Origin: Candidatus Saccharimonadota bacterium
GTDB taxonomy: Bacteria > Patescibacteriota > Saccharimonadia > Saccharimonadales > JACDBH01
Reading direction: 5' to 3'
Length of the DNA: 64,000 nucleotides
Assembly (NCBI GenBank): GCA_028289135.1
Contig: JAQGGW010000003.1
Span: 66,015 to 130,014 of the forward strand
Shown here piece by piece: positions 9,884 through 18,429 of the stretch (position 1 is the stretch's first letter; the number at the start of each line of letters is the position of its first letter). The notes under the pieces were generated by a model, which was not told the DNA's origin, made no database searches, and worked only from the letters and a program-made list of their open reading frames with translations. Both the position numbers and the translations under genes were made by a program.

Positions 9884-10357
9884 CTAGTAAGCTTTAGGGG
9901 ATGCGCACTTTAAGACTTTGCTACCAATAATGCCCCACTTCTTAGCAAGAACCGGTCCACCCGTACAAGTATTAGCCGCGTCTTGCGCTAGTTGCTTATT
10001 TAGATCTGCTAATTCAGTGTTGAGCCCAATTGACCGAGCTCTAAGTTCATCTGATCTAGAATGTGCTTTTTCAAGTCCCGTGAATAAGGCCCCGAGTTTT
10101 TTAGTTGCAGCATCTGCCTCTTTTAGAGCATCAGTATCCATGCTTTCTCTACGAAGCGGGTTTACGCTCTGTTCGTCCATAATACTTTGAGAAGCTGCGG
10201 TTTCGGCAAAACCCATTGTTGTGTCAATATAAACGCCTTCTAAATTGGCGATTCTGTCTCGCGCTTCTTTCTCAGAAGTTACACAGTCTACCAAGAATGG
10301 ACACACAATGCCCGTAGTAGGGCATAAAGTTGCTGGATTATTTTCTAAAGTGGGCAT
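9884..10357 (-). CDS. Hypothetical protein (Cys-containing ends, coiled-coil-like centre)
   Basis: 157-aa ORF; no recognisable motifs. Confidence 0.4.
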   Translation of the reverse strand: MPTLENNPATLCPTTGIVCPFLVDCVTSEKEARDRIANLEGVYIDTTMGFAETAASQSIMDEQSVNPLRRESMDTDALKEADAATKKLGALFTGLEKAHSRSDELRARSIGLNTELADLNKQLAQDAANTCTGGPVLAKKWGIIGSKVLKCASPKAY

Positions 10358-10526
10358 TGATAACTCCTTATATTATTTAAATAATAACATATTAATGATT
10401 TTAAAGCAATTATTGTTTAGTTACCTCTGTTTAAGGACAAGTATTGCATTGCTTTATACGCTTGATCGTGCTTTACTATGTGTACAGGTACTAATCTGTT
10501 CACACGGAGTTCAAAGATACGGTTCG

Positions 10527-10615
10527 CCTTGATTGTTCTATACAAGAAAGACACGGGCAGTTCGAGAGGTTCAAGAGACGGAGAAGTGGTCGACCTGAAG
10601 TGTTAACAATCAAGG
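10527..10615 (+). promoter_or_regulatory. Structured 5' leader of the RRM gene: 11-bp long-range helix that sequesters the SD
   Basis: ccttgattgtt (10527-10537) is the exact reverse complement of aacaatcaagg (10605-10615). The 3' arm overlaps the AAGGA SD 11 nt before ATG 10627. Confidence 0.4.
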
Positions 10616-10626
10616 AAAATTTATAC

Positions 10627-10923
10627 ATGTACAAACTATTTGTAGGCGGCCTCCCATTCTCGACAACTGATGACGAGATGAAGGATGTGTTCGCTGCTCA
10701 CGGTACTGTTGCATCAGCTGTTGTGGTCAAAGACCGCGATACTGGCCGCAGTAAGGGCTTTGGCTTCGTCGAATTCGAAAACGATGAAGAAGGCAAAGCT
10801 GCTGAGAAGGCTCTTAATGGATCCGACATGGGTGGCCGTTCAATTACGGTCAACGAAGCTCGTCCAAAAGAAGACCGACCTCGCCGCGATTTTGGTGGTG
10901 ACAACAACCGCCGCAGCTGGTAA
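10627..10923 (+). CDS. RRM-domain RNA-binding protein with Arg/Gly-rich tail
   Basis: RNP-2 LFVGGL and RNP-1 KGFGFVEF. Start set to ATG 10627 (MYKLFVGGL) with AAGGA SD. Confidence 0.9.
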   Translation: MYKLFVGGLPFSTTDDEMKDVFAAHGTVASAVVVKDRDTGRSKGFGFVEFENDEEGKAAEKALNGSDMGGRSITVNEARPKEDRPRRDFGGDNNRRSW

Positions 10924-10940
10924 TTTATTACCGGTTTAAA

Positions 10941-10966
10941 GGGCCCCTCTTAGGAGGGGCTTTTTT
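10941..10966 (+). terminator. Rho-independent terminator
   Basis: GCCCCTC-ttag-GAGGGGC followed by T6. Confidence 0.7.
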
Positions 10967-11011
10967 ATTTGGCCGTTTGCCGAGGATGCTATACTACTAC
11001 AGCTTAATTAA

Positions 11012-11605
11012 GTGAGGGTAAAGCAGTTGAAGCATAGGCCATTGGTATTTTTGGACATCGAGACCACAGGGGGGAGCCCGCGATTTTCACGCATTACCGA
11101 AATTGGCGCCTTGCGGGTAGAAGATGGCAAAATTGTTAAAACTTTTAAGCAGCTTATTAACCCCGAAGAACGCGTGCCTAGTTTTATTACCAACCTCACG
11201 GGGATTACCGACGAAATGCTGTGGGATGCGCCGCTTTTTAAGGGCATTGCGGACGAGCTGGAAGTGTTTTTGGATGATGCGCTGTTTATTGCGCACAATG
11301 TTAGCTTTGACTACAACTTTATAAAAATGGAATTTGAGCGGATGGGACTGGCGTTTAATATGGACAGGGCCTGCAGCGCGCGCTTGAGCCGCCGGTTATA
11401 CCCCGAACACAAAAGCCACGCGTTGGACAGGCTGATTGAACGCATGAACATTGACGTTACCAACCGCCACCGCGCCTATGACGACGCTGAAGTAATCTGG
11501 AAGTTTTTTCAGGTGGAGCTTAAAAAGCGCGAGCTGGAGCTGTATAGCGCCGTGAATAAAGTCACTACCTACGCCCGTCCGCAAAAAGTACCTATAACCG
11601 GTTGA
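11012..11605 (+). CDS. DnaQ-like 3'-5' exonuclease (DEDDh)
   Basis: Exo I DIETTG, Exo II HNVSFD, Exo III HRAYDDA. GTG start at 11012; alternative TTG at 11027 after GAGGG. Confidence 0.85.
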   Translation: MRVKQLKHRPLVFLDIETTGGSPRFSRITEIGALRVEDGKIVKTFKQLINPEERVPSFITNLTGITDEMLWDAPLFKGIADELEVFLDDALFIAHNVSFDYNFIKMEFERMGLAFNMDRACSARLSRRLYPEHKSHALDRLIERMNIDVTNRHRAYDDAEVIWKFFQVELKKRELELYSAVNKVTTYARPQKVPITG

Positions 11606-12734
11606 GTACGCCAAGGCCAGTCGGCCCATCGTAGCCGTTTCCGCTTAGGCATAAATAAGTTTTACAGCTTCCGTTATGCCCCGACACAATGTCGCGGACC
11701 ATACTGGCATTAGAGTAAAACCAAGCTGGCTGGTTGCTTAAACGGCCACTAGCAGCCAACATGCCGGCTACCAAAGGAGCGGCCAGGCTTGTGCCGCCAA
11801 CCTTAAACCAACCGCTCCGGCCTTCGTCTGGGTAGCTGTCATAAACTGCGGCGCCAGTAGCAGGATCGGCATCGGCGGCTACATCAGCAATGCTGCGTTT
11901 CTTGCAGCTTGTATCGTGCTGCCAAGTGGGTTTGGATTCGTATTTGCTGCAGCCGCTTCCAGCATCCAGCCAGGCGGTTTCGCTCGTTACTACTGCGCCG
12001 TTCATGTGCAAGTCGGTACCTCCGACTGCGACAACATATGGTGATGCCGCAGGATAACTTGTCCCATAGCCACTGTCGCCAGAACTAGCAACCATAACAA
12101 CGCCGGCATGATTATAATGCCCGTCCGCAGAGGTTTCGGAAGCCGTTTCTGGCCCGCCATATGAATTGGAGACAACTTTTGCATGCAGGCTGGCTGCTTG
12201 GTCAACCGCCTGCCCCAGATCTGCCATGCTAGACGAAGCTGCTTCTATAAAATCTATCCTACAGTGCGGGCATAAACCGTGCACCGACTCCACGTCCATA
12301 CTGGCCTCAACCGCCCAGCCGCTATCTGCTGCCGGGAAGGAGCTTCCACCGCGTTCGTCATACTTTTTAAAACAGCTGGACTGGCTTTCTGATGTACAGG
12401 ACGGCAACGTAGCAATTCCAAATGTACGGCTGTAGGTATTTAGATCATCGGCAATGTGCGGGGCATCATAGGCCACGACAACCGCCACTACTACGCTTGC
12501 CGACCCCTTAACACCGTAGGCGTTTTTAAAGTCTGCCGGTCCATAGCCAACAGGCGTGCTGGATATTAACGGCTTGTTTTTGCTGTCGGTTACAATCTGG
12601 GCATTGCAGCGCGCACTACCTGCGGCGGCTCTTTTCGAACAGGCCTTTTTGGTTTGTGATGCGGCCTGTACATTAGCCGGTGCCATGCCAAATAAGACGC
12701 CCACCACAAGCGTTAAAATAATCCATTTTTTCAT
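11592..12734 (-). CDS. Secreted serine peptidase, sedolisin/subtilase-like (S53/S8)
   Basis: Signal peptide ...ANVQA; SSGDSGYG and GGTSLAAPLVAG catalytic-Ser motif. Confidence 0.7.
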   Translation of the reverse strand: MKKWIILTLVVGVLFGMAPANVQAASQTKKACSKRAAAGSARCNAQIVTDSKNKPLISSTPVGYGPADFKNAYGVKGSASVVVAVVVAYDAPHIADDLNTYSRTFGIATLPSCTSESQSSCFKKYDERGGSSFPAADSGWAVEASMDVESVHGLCPHCRIDFIEAASSSMADLGQAVDQAASLHAKVVSNSYGGPETASETSADGHYNHAGVVMVASSGDSGYGTSYPAASPYVVAVGGTDLHMNGAVVTSETAWLDAGSGCSKYESKPTWQHDTSCKKRSIADVAADADPATGAAVYDSYPDEGRSGWFKVGGTSLAAPLVAGMLAASGRLSNQPAWFYSNASMVRDIVSGHNGSCKTYLCLSGNGYDGPTGLGVLNRL

Positions 12735-12837
12735 CGGATTTCCTCGTAAAATTACCTAACCAGTGGACATAGTTTTATACCGCCCAGTTTTTGATGTCAA
12801 CAAAATATTGGCTAAGTAGTAATTAATACACTAAATT

Positions 12838-14886
12838 TTAAGCATCTTGCTCGGCATAAAGCGACTGCGAAACGCGTTGTATTTTTGGTCGTAGGGTTAC
12901 CTGCCTAAGAACCTTGATGTCCTTAAACTCATTCTTAAAAGCTTGCGGCGTAATGTAGCGGAACATCATAGTGGTCAGCGCTTTTTCTTGTTTGAACGTC
13001 ATTGGTTTAAAGCTAAGCTCGGCCTGGTAGTGGCCTTTTTTAATTTTTGTCATTGTTACCACTTTAGCTTTAAGTGTCAGCCGGCGTTTAACATCAGGGC
13101 CAATACTGACCTCGACATTTTTTTGCCTGATATTTTGTTTACTGGTTATTTCGGCTCCGCGCATACTAATGCTTTTTAGCTGCACTGCGCGGCGTTTGTT
13201 GTCGATGAGCAAAATTGGCAGTTCGGTTCGGAGCTGGTGGGAACTGCGGGATTTTTCGTCGTGGAAATTAACAAAAAACAATACCGAGCCAACAAAGAAT
13301 AAGTTAATTAGGTTCCAGAGCATTGATACGCCGGCCGTACTATGCAGAAGCTGCTGCAGGCTTTTACCCTCGCGCATAAACCAATAAAGCGGCGAAGCCA
13401 GCGCGCCAAACAGCGTGAACGCGAATAGGAAAAGTAAAAACCTGTAAGCGCTGGATTCCTTTTTTAGGCCGCGGATTTTAAGCGAAACTTTAAACTTTTT
13501 CTGGACGTTTATGATGCCTTTGGTAGCCATAATGTTGGCGTAGATATTGGCTATATTAAACTGCTCGGTATAAAGCGGGTGGAAAGTGCGTCGGGAAAAC
13601 AGGTATGTTACCGCGTAGGAAATAATTACAAACGGCAGCGCAACCGCTGTGTACTGCAAAACCGGGATCGTCGCCAAGTTATGCTGCAGCGGCAAAAGCG
13701 CCAGCAGTAAAGCAGGCAACAAAATATAAAAAAGCCGTTGCAGTCCGTTTAGAAAAGCAGCCGTCGAGTTGATGTAGCAAATCCGCTGCATAATGCTCAA
13801 GCCCCGTGCGCGCAGAGGCGAGTCGGCAGAACGGAACAAAAGCCCCAGTGAACCAGCGCCCCAACGCACGCGCTGTTTGTGGTATTCATTTAGATCTTCA
13901 GCCGCGATTCCGTGCGCCAAAATTTCGCTGACAAACAGCGAATTCCAACCTTTGGCGTGCAGCCGAAGCGAAGTGTGGATATCTTCTGTCGCCGTACCGG
14001 TCGCAAAGCCGCCGATTTGGTCAATGGCCGAACGGCGCAGCATGGAGCCGCTGCCGCAAAAAAACGCCGCATTAAATGCATTTTTTGCCGGCTGGATCGA
14101 CTCATAAAACATGCTCTGTTCATTCCAATAATTGCGCTGGCGGGTACGCCTAAATTGGATGCTGTCGCGGTTATAAAAAGTCTGGGGTGTCTGCACAAAG
14201 GCCAGATTTTCGTCCCTAAAATAGCCAAGTGTGCGTTCGATAAAATTAGCCTGCGGTACATGGTCGCAGTCCAAAAATACCATAAAATCCGCATCCGAAT
14301 GTTTGATGCCGTTGTTCATGTTGCCTGCCTTGGCGTGCGTGTTTTCCGTTCGACCCACATGTTTGCCGCCAGCCTTAAGAGTTAGTTTGCGGATGTTTTC
14401 ACGGTTGCCATCGTTTAGCACATAGACATTTCTGACACCATAAACGTTAAGCGCGCCGAGCAATGTCATTTTTACGATTTCCTCGGGTTCGTTGTAGGTA
14501 GTTATAAAAATATCAACCGTCGCGCCTTTTATCGGCGGCTGCCATACCGGATCCAAAATCCGCCGTGTCGTAAAGATAAAAGAAATAGTAAAAGCAATGC
14601 TATAAAGTTCGGCCGAAAGTAAAACGTAACTATACCAAACATGCCAAGATGAAACGGTCGTAAACCGCCAGACTAAATATGAAGTAGCCATCAAAAGATA
14701 CAGCGGCAAAACGGCTTTTAGCACCCGCGAACTGATACCGCCGGTTTCGACCTCATTAAAAACATTTGACCGGTAAATAAGCGTGCGGTTACTTGGCGTT
14801 TCATAATGCGAAACGGTCATTTTTTGGGCAATGTCAAAAACATCCGCACTATTTACCCCTTTAGACCAGCGTTTAAAACCCCTCAT
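12838..14886 (-). CDS. Processive family-2 glycosyltransferase (cellulose-synthase-like) with C-terminal PilZ-like domain
   Basis: GT2 D,D,D,QxxRW signature: TTYNEP, LNDGNRE, FLDCDH, TED, QRVRWGAGS. Multiple TM helices. C-terminal RSSHQLR...KSISMRGAEI resembles the PilZ RxxxR / (D/N)xSxxG motifs, with the first motif non-canonical. Confidence 0.8.
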   Translation of the reverse strand: MRGFKRWSKGVNSADVFDIAQKMTVSHYETPSNRTLIYRSNVFNEVETGGISSRVLKAVLPLYLLMATSYLVWRFTTVSSWHVWYSYVLLSAELYSIAFTISFIFTTRRILDPVWQPPIKGATVDIFITTYNEPEEIVKMTLLGALNVYGVRNVYVLNDGNRENIRKLTLKAGGKHVGRTENTHAKAGNMNNGIKHSDADFMVFLDCDHVPQANFIERTLGYFRDENLAFVQTPQTFYNRDSIQFRRTRQRNYWNEQSMFYESIQPAKNAFNAAFFCGSGSMLRRSAIDQIGGFATGTATEDIHTSLRLHAKGWNSLFVSEILAHGIAAEDLNEYHKQRVRWGAGSLGLLFRSADSPLRARGLSIMQRICYINSTAAFLNGLQRLFYILLPALLLALLPLQHNLATIPVLQYTAVALPFVIISYAVTYLFSRRTFHPLYTEQFNIANIYANIMATKGIINVQKKFKVSLKIRGLKKESSAYRFLLFLFAFTLFGALASPLYWFMREGKSLQQLLHSTAGVSMLWNLINLFFVGSVLFFVNFHDEKSRSSHQLRTELPILLIDNKRRAVQLKSISMRGAEITSKQNIRQKNVEVSIGPDVKRRLTLKAKVVTMTKIKKGHYQAELSFKPMTFKQEKALTTMMFRYITPQAFKNEFKDIKVLRQVTLRPKIQRVSQSLYAEQDA

Positions 14887-15118
14887 ATGTATATGATGTA
14901 ATGCCTATGATTTATAATTAAAATTATTGTTAATAATACCTATTTCGTATCTGTTTGTAAGGTGTAGCGAAAAGTAACGGTCACAGCGCGGCTTATACAT
15001 CGTACCCTCCCATAGACAATAGAGTAATATCTTTTGCTGCTAAGTAGCGTGAGAATTCTAACTGAGTGGCCGTAATGCTTGGTAATATAGTGAAATTATC
15101 TAAATAGGAGAATATAAG

Positions 15119-15292
15119 ATGACTAAATTTGGACCAAAGGCCAGCGAAAAAGTCGGAAAAGCGATGCATGAAATGAAAGAAGGTACGCTAAAAAGCGGTA
15201 GTAATGGCGAGAAAGTTACTAGTAAAAAACAAGCCGTTGCCATAGGCCTTTCTGAAGCCCGCCGCGAAGGCGGCAAAGTACCAAAAAAATAG
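15119..15292 (+). CDS. Small basic protein, 57 aa (resembles the DUF6496-type family from memory)
   Basis: Below the track cutoff. AGGAG SD 8 nt upstream. MTKFGPKASEKVGKAMHEMKEGTLKSGSNGEKVTSKKQAVAIGLSEARREGGKVPKK. Confidence 0.6.
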   Translation: MTKFGPKASEKVGKAMHEMKEGTLKSGSNGEKVTSKKQAVAIGLSEARREGGKVPKK

Positions 15293-15294
15293 CC

Positions 15295-15903
15295 TTAAGA
15301 AAAACTGATGCCTACTAAAGGCTTCATCTCATTTGGATCAACCATATAAACACGGTGGATCTGAATAGAATTATTAATCATTTTAAAAGCACGCGTCGGA
15401 CGGATTAGAATAAAGTTTTTACGAAGATCAATATCTTCAATATAACCGCTTACTTTTTTAGGACCATGTTCGTTTAGGTGTGAACGGCCATGAGCATCGC
15501 GCCAAAACGTATCAATGGGCCACGGCTCGTCAATTAGGACCCGTATGCTAACTTTAAGCCCTCGGTATTTTTCTTTTACTTGCAGCTCTGCTAAAAGAAC
15601 CTGATTATCCGTATAGACGGCCACCTGCAGAGCCTGTGTTTTTTGCAGATGCGCATTTACGCTTGCCTTGGCTATAATGGCCTGTTGCTCTGGCGGTATA
15701 TCGTTTGGCGTTACATAAACATTGTTATGTGCTCCGACAGCTGCAATATTCTGCAGTGCCAAAATTTCATCACGCTCCGCCTGCTGCTTTAAACCTGCTG
15801 CAACCGACTGGTTGGCTACGGCCGAAACAAACTCCTGCATCAGCCCCATGCCATAAGTAACCAGTTCCGTCTTAGCAATCTTCTTCTTAAACATATACCC
15901 CAT
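15295..15903 (-). CDS. Hypothetical protein
   Basis: 202-aa ORF; no motif recognised. Confidence 0.5.
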   Translation of the reverse strand: MGYMFKKKIAKTELVTYGMGLMQEFVSAVANQSVAAGLKQQAERDEILALQNIAAVGAHNNVYVTPNDIPPEQQAIIAKASVNAHLQKTQALQVAVYTDNQVLLAELQVKEKYRGLKVSIRVLIDEPWPIDTFWRDAHGRSHLNEHGPKKVSGYIEDIDLRKNFILIRPTRAFKMINNSIQIHRVYMVDPNEMKPLVGISFS

Positions 15904-15954
15904 TATAACCTCTTCAAACTTCTAATGTCTTCTTAAAACATTCAGCAATTGTGT

Positions 15955-16073
15955 GAGTGCAGCACAGTAGTGCAGTTTGTTCGGAACCCGAGTACCGAAG
16001 CGGAGATGTACGGAATGGTACATTGAGCATCGGAACGGAGGGTTCCGGGCAAAATGTGCACTGTGCTGTGCTC
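15955..16073 (+). ncRNA. Structured element copy 1 (unclassified ncRNA candidate; paralog at 51058-51178)
   Basis: 13-bp closing helix, 11-bp inner helix and apical hairpins. All helices are kept in the second copy by compensatory changes. G-U pairs are consistent only with the + strand. Confidence 0.45.
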
Positions 16074-16321
16074 TACCTTACTCGAGTCATCAAACGTAGG
16101 TTGGCGAGGTAGTGGTCCGGGTCAACGCTCGGGTGAGTCTGCAAATAAGCCATATGCTTATCAACAAAAGACACTAAATGGTCTGGGTGAGCATCAGCGT
16201 TGGCGCTGTAGCTGTCGATGGTTGAATAGCCAATGTCGGTGGCCATGTTTTTTAAAGCTTCCTGAATCTTCGCACCCTCTTCAGACGTGTACAAATCCGG
16301 TCGTTTCTTTGCGGTTGGCAT
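16073..16321 (-). CDS. Hypothetical protein, 82 aa
   Basis: ORF only. Its stop codon abuts the 3' end of element copy 1. Confidence 0.4.
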   Translation of the reverse strand: MPTAKKRPDLYTSEEGAKIQEALKNMATDIGYSTIDSYSANADAHPDHLVSFVDKHMAYLQTHPSVDPDHYLANLRLMTRVR

Positions 16322-16455
16322 ACTAAAACCTTTACTTGTAAATTCTAATGGCTTATTAAAAAACCACCTCTTAATGCCCTTATTATACTCCTTTAACAGA
16401 TAAAAACCTAATCCAGGACTTCACTTTAAAAACGTACTTTGCATAAAAAGTCACG

Positions 16456-16461
16456 TATAAT
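16456..16461 (+). promoter_or_regulatory. -10 box TATAAT, 6 nt upstream of ATG 16468 (leaderless candidate)
   Basis: cgTATAATaaacatATG. Confidence 0.4.
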
Positions 16462-16467
16462 AAACAT

Positions 16468-16797
16468 ATGATCCTGATAAAATACAGATGGTCGAAACAT
16501 TATGAATCCGCCGAGGAAGAACTAGTTGATATTCTGGCAAGCAAAAAAATAGTCGCCGAACGCTGGCACGCCGAGGAGTATGAAGAATTCAAACCTCACA
16601 AACACCCAGCCGATAAACAGCTATGGTGCACGGAAGGCTCGATTGTTTTTAAAGTTAATGACAAAGAAATAACCTTGCAAACTGGGGATGCGTTGGACCT
16701 TCCGGCAAATACAGTTCACGAAGCCAAAGCTGGCTTTAGCGGTTGCGTTTGCTACGAATACCCGCGGATTGCCGACAACCCATCAGTAGAAGCTTAA
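16468..16797 (+). CDS. Cupin-domain protein
   Basis: Small beta-barrel pattern: HKHPADKQLWCTEGSIVF...GDALDLPANTVHEAKAG. Confidence 0.65.
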   Translation: MILIKYRWSKHYESAEEELVDILASKKIVAERWHAEEYEEFKPHKHPADKQLWCTEGSIVFKVNDKEITLQTGDALDLPANTVHEAKAGFSGCVCYEYPRIADNPSVEA

Positions 16798-16863
16798 TAA
16801 CCCGAATAATCGCCAACCAAAACCCGAATAGGTATTTCACTTCGCTGTTTATATAATAGCTCC

Positions 16864-18429
16864 ATGGCAAAATCACAAAAACAATTATCAGTCTCCCCGT
16901 TTGCAAAGTTACGGGTAAAAACCGCCCGGGCAGTCCGCTCTGCTTCGTTATCATCGCAGCCAAGATTTAATAAAGTATTGCTGTCAAAAAGCGGCACAAA
17001 ACTTGCGACCAAGATGAGCCCAATTGCGGCTGCCTTGCAGTTTGAAAGTGCTCTTGGCAATGTGCCAGCTTATATGAAAATTATTAAAAGCAGCGGCTGG
17101 AAAGACAATAAAAAACTGCCTTTAGAAGAACGTTTAAAGCTTTTGCCAGAAACTGACAAAAAAGGCTATATTAATGCCAACACGACGGCCGAGCGTTGCC
17201 GGAATGGCATAATCCCAATGCAAGGCGCGGAAATAGACGAAAGCAGCGGTTCTTCTGGAATTCCTTATAACTGGATCCGGGGAAGCGAAGAGCTCGAAGA
17301 AATGCGCCGAACACTCAGCCGGCTTGCAACATTTATGTATGGCCCTAACATTGCCACAATCAACGGCTTTTCGATGGGCGCCTGGGCAACCGGAACAAAC
17401 GTCAGCATGTCGCTGGTGCGTAACGGGCTTTTAAAATCCACGGGTCCTGATGCCGAAAAAATGATGAGTGTTTTTGAAATCCTCGGCAAAGACCGTACTT
17501 ATGTCATTACTGGTTACCCGCCATTTTTGTTAGAACTTATAGAATTTGGCATTAAGCAAAATTTCCCATGGCACGAATATAAGCTGATCGGCATTGTTGG
17601 CGGCGAGGCAATGAGCGAAACTTTACGTTCGCGTCTTCTCGAATATTTTAAAACTATTACATCTGCTTATGGTGCCAGCGACCTCGACATTGGAGTAGCC
17701 TGTGAGTTTCCACTGAGCACATGGATACGCCAACAAGCCGGTAAAAACCCCGAGCTTGCCGAAAAACTATTTGGCCCAACGCGCCGTTTGCCGATGCTAT
17801 TCCAGTATGACCCGCTGGACTATTTTGTGGAACAAAACGACGCCGGAGAACTGGTCGTGACAGTCAACCGTCCAAGCGCGCTGTCGCCGCGGCTGCGTTA
17901 TAACGTGCATGACATTGGCGGCAAACTGGACTTTGATAGCGTCATCAAAATTTGTGAATCGTTTGGATTAAACCCCTTCAAAGACGCGCCGCTGCCATAT
18001 GCCGGCCAGCACCCGCGTTTGCCGTTTTTGTTTATTGGCGGACGAAGCGACAGCACAATGTCATATTTGGGCGCAAATATTTACCCCGAAGATGTTGAAC
18101 AGGCGGTGTTTGGAGACGCCCCAGAATCTGAAAAAGGTATTATCAAAAACTTTGCCATGGAGCTGGTTGAAAATAAAGAAGGCCAGCCACAGCCATTTGT
18201 CCATATTGAGCTAAATGAAGGTAAAAATTTGGGCGATATAAATGTAGGTGATCTTTCTGAGCGAATTGTAGAAAGACTAAAACAAAACAGCCGCGACTTT
18301 AAAGCGTCCGTAGCCGAAGATCCAAAAGCCGCCGATATTGCAGTTAAAGCCTACCCAGAAAACACCGGGCCGTTTGAAGGCATGAACAAACGTATTAAGC
18401 GTAAATACATAATAGAAAAGGCAAAATAA
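16864..18429 (+). CDS. Adenylate-forming enzyme, PaaK/CapK/coenzyme-F390-synthetase-like
   Basis: P-loop-like SSGSSGIPYNW in place of TSGTTGKP, overall PaaK-like layout. Start uncertain (16864 or ATG 17014). Confidence 0.65.
   Translation: MAKSQKQLSVSPFAKLRVKTARAVRSASLSSQPRFNKVLLSKSGTKLATKMSPIAAALQFESALGNVPAYMKIIKSSGWKDNKKLPLEERLKLLPETDKKGYINANTTAERCRNGIIPMQGAEIDESSGSSGIPYNWIRGSEELEEMRRTLSRLATFMYGPNIATINGFSMGAWATGTNVSMSLVRNGLLKSTGPDAEKMMSVFEILGKDRTYVITGYPPFLLELIEFGIKQNFPWHEYKLIGIVGGEAMSETLRSRLLEYFKTITSAYGASDLDIGVACEFPLSTWIRQQAGKNPELAEKLFGPTRRLPMLFQYDPLDYFVEQNDAGELVVTVNRPSALSPRLRYNVHDIGGKLDFDSVIKICESFGLNPFKDAPLPYAGQHPRLPFLFIGGRSDSTMSYLGANIYPEDVEQAVFGDAPESEKGIIKNFAMELVENKEGQPQPFVHIELNEGKNLGDINVGDLSERIVERLKQNSRDFKASVAEDPKAADIAVKAYPENTGPFEGMNKRIKRKYIIEKAK

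Noticed and set aside
15955-16073. Assigning the two-copy element to SRP RNA, 6S RNA or a retron msr/msd
   Set aside because: It has no SRP helix-8 motif (GGAA/AGCA symmetric loop context) and no 6S-like large central bubble. It is too short and present in two copies. No reverse transcriptase is nearby. It is left unclassified.
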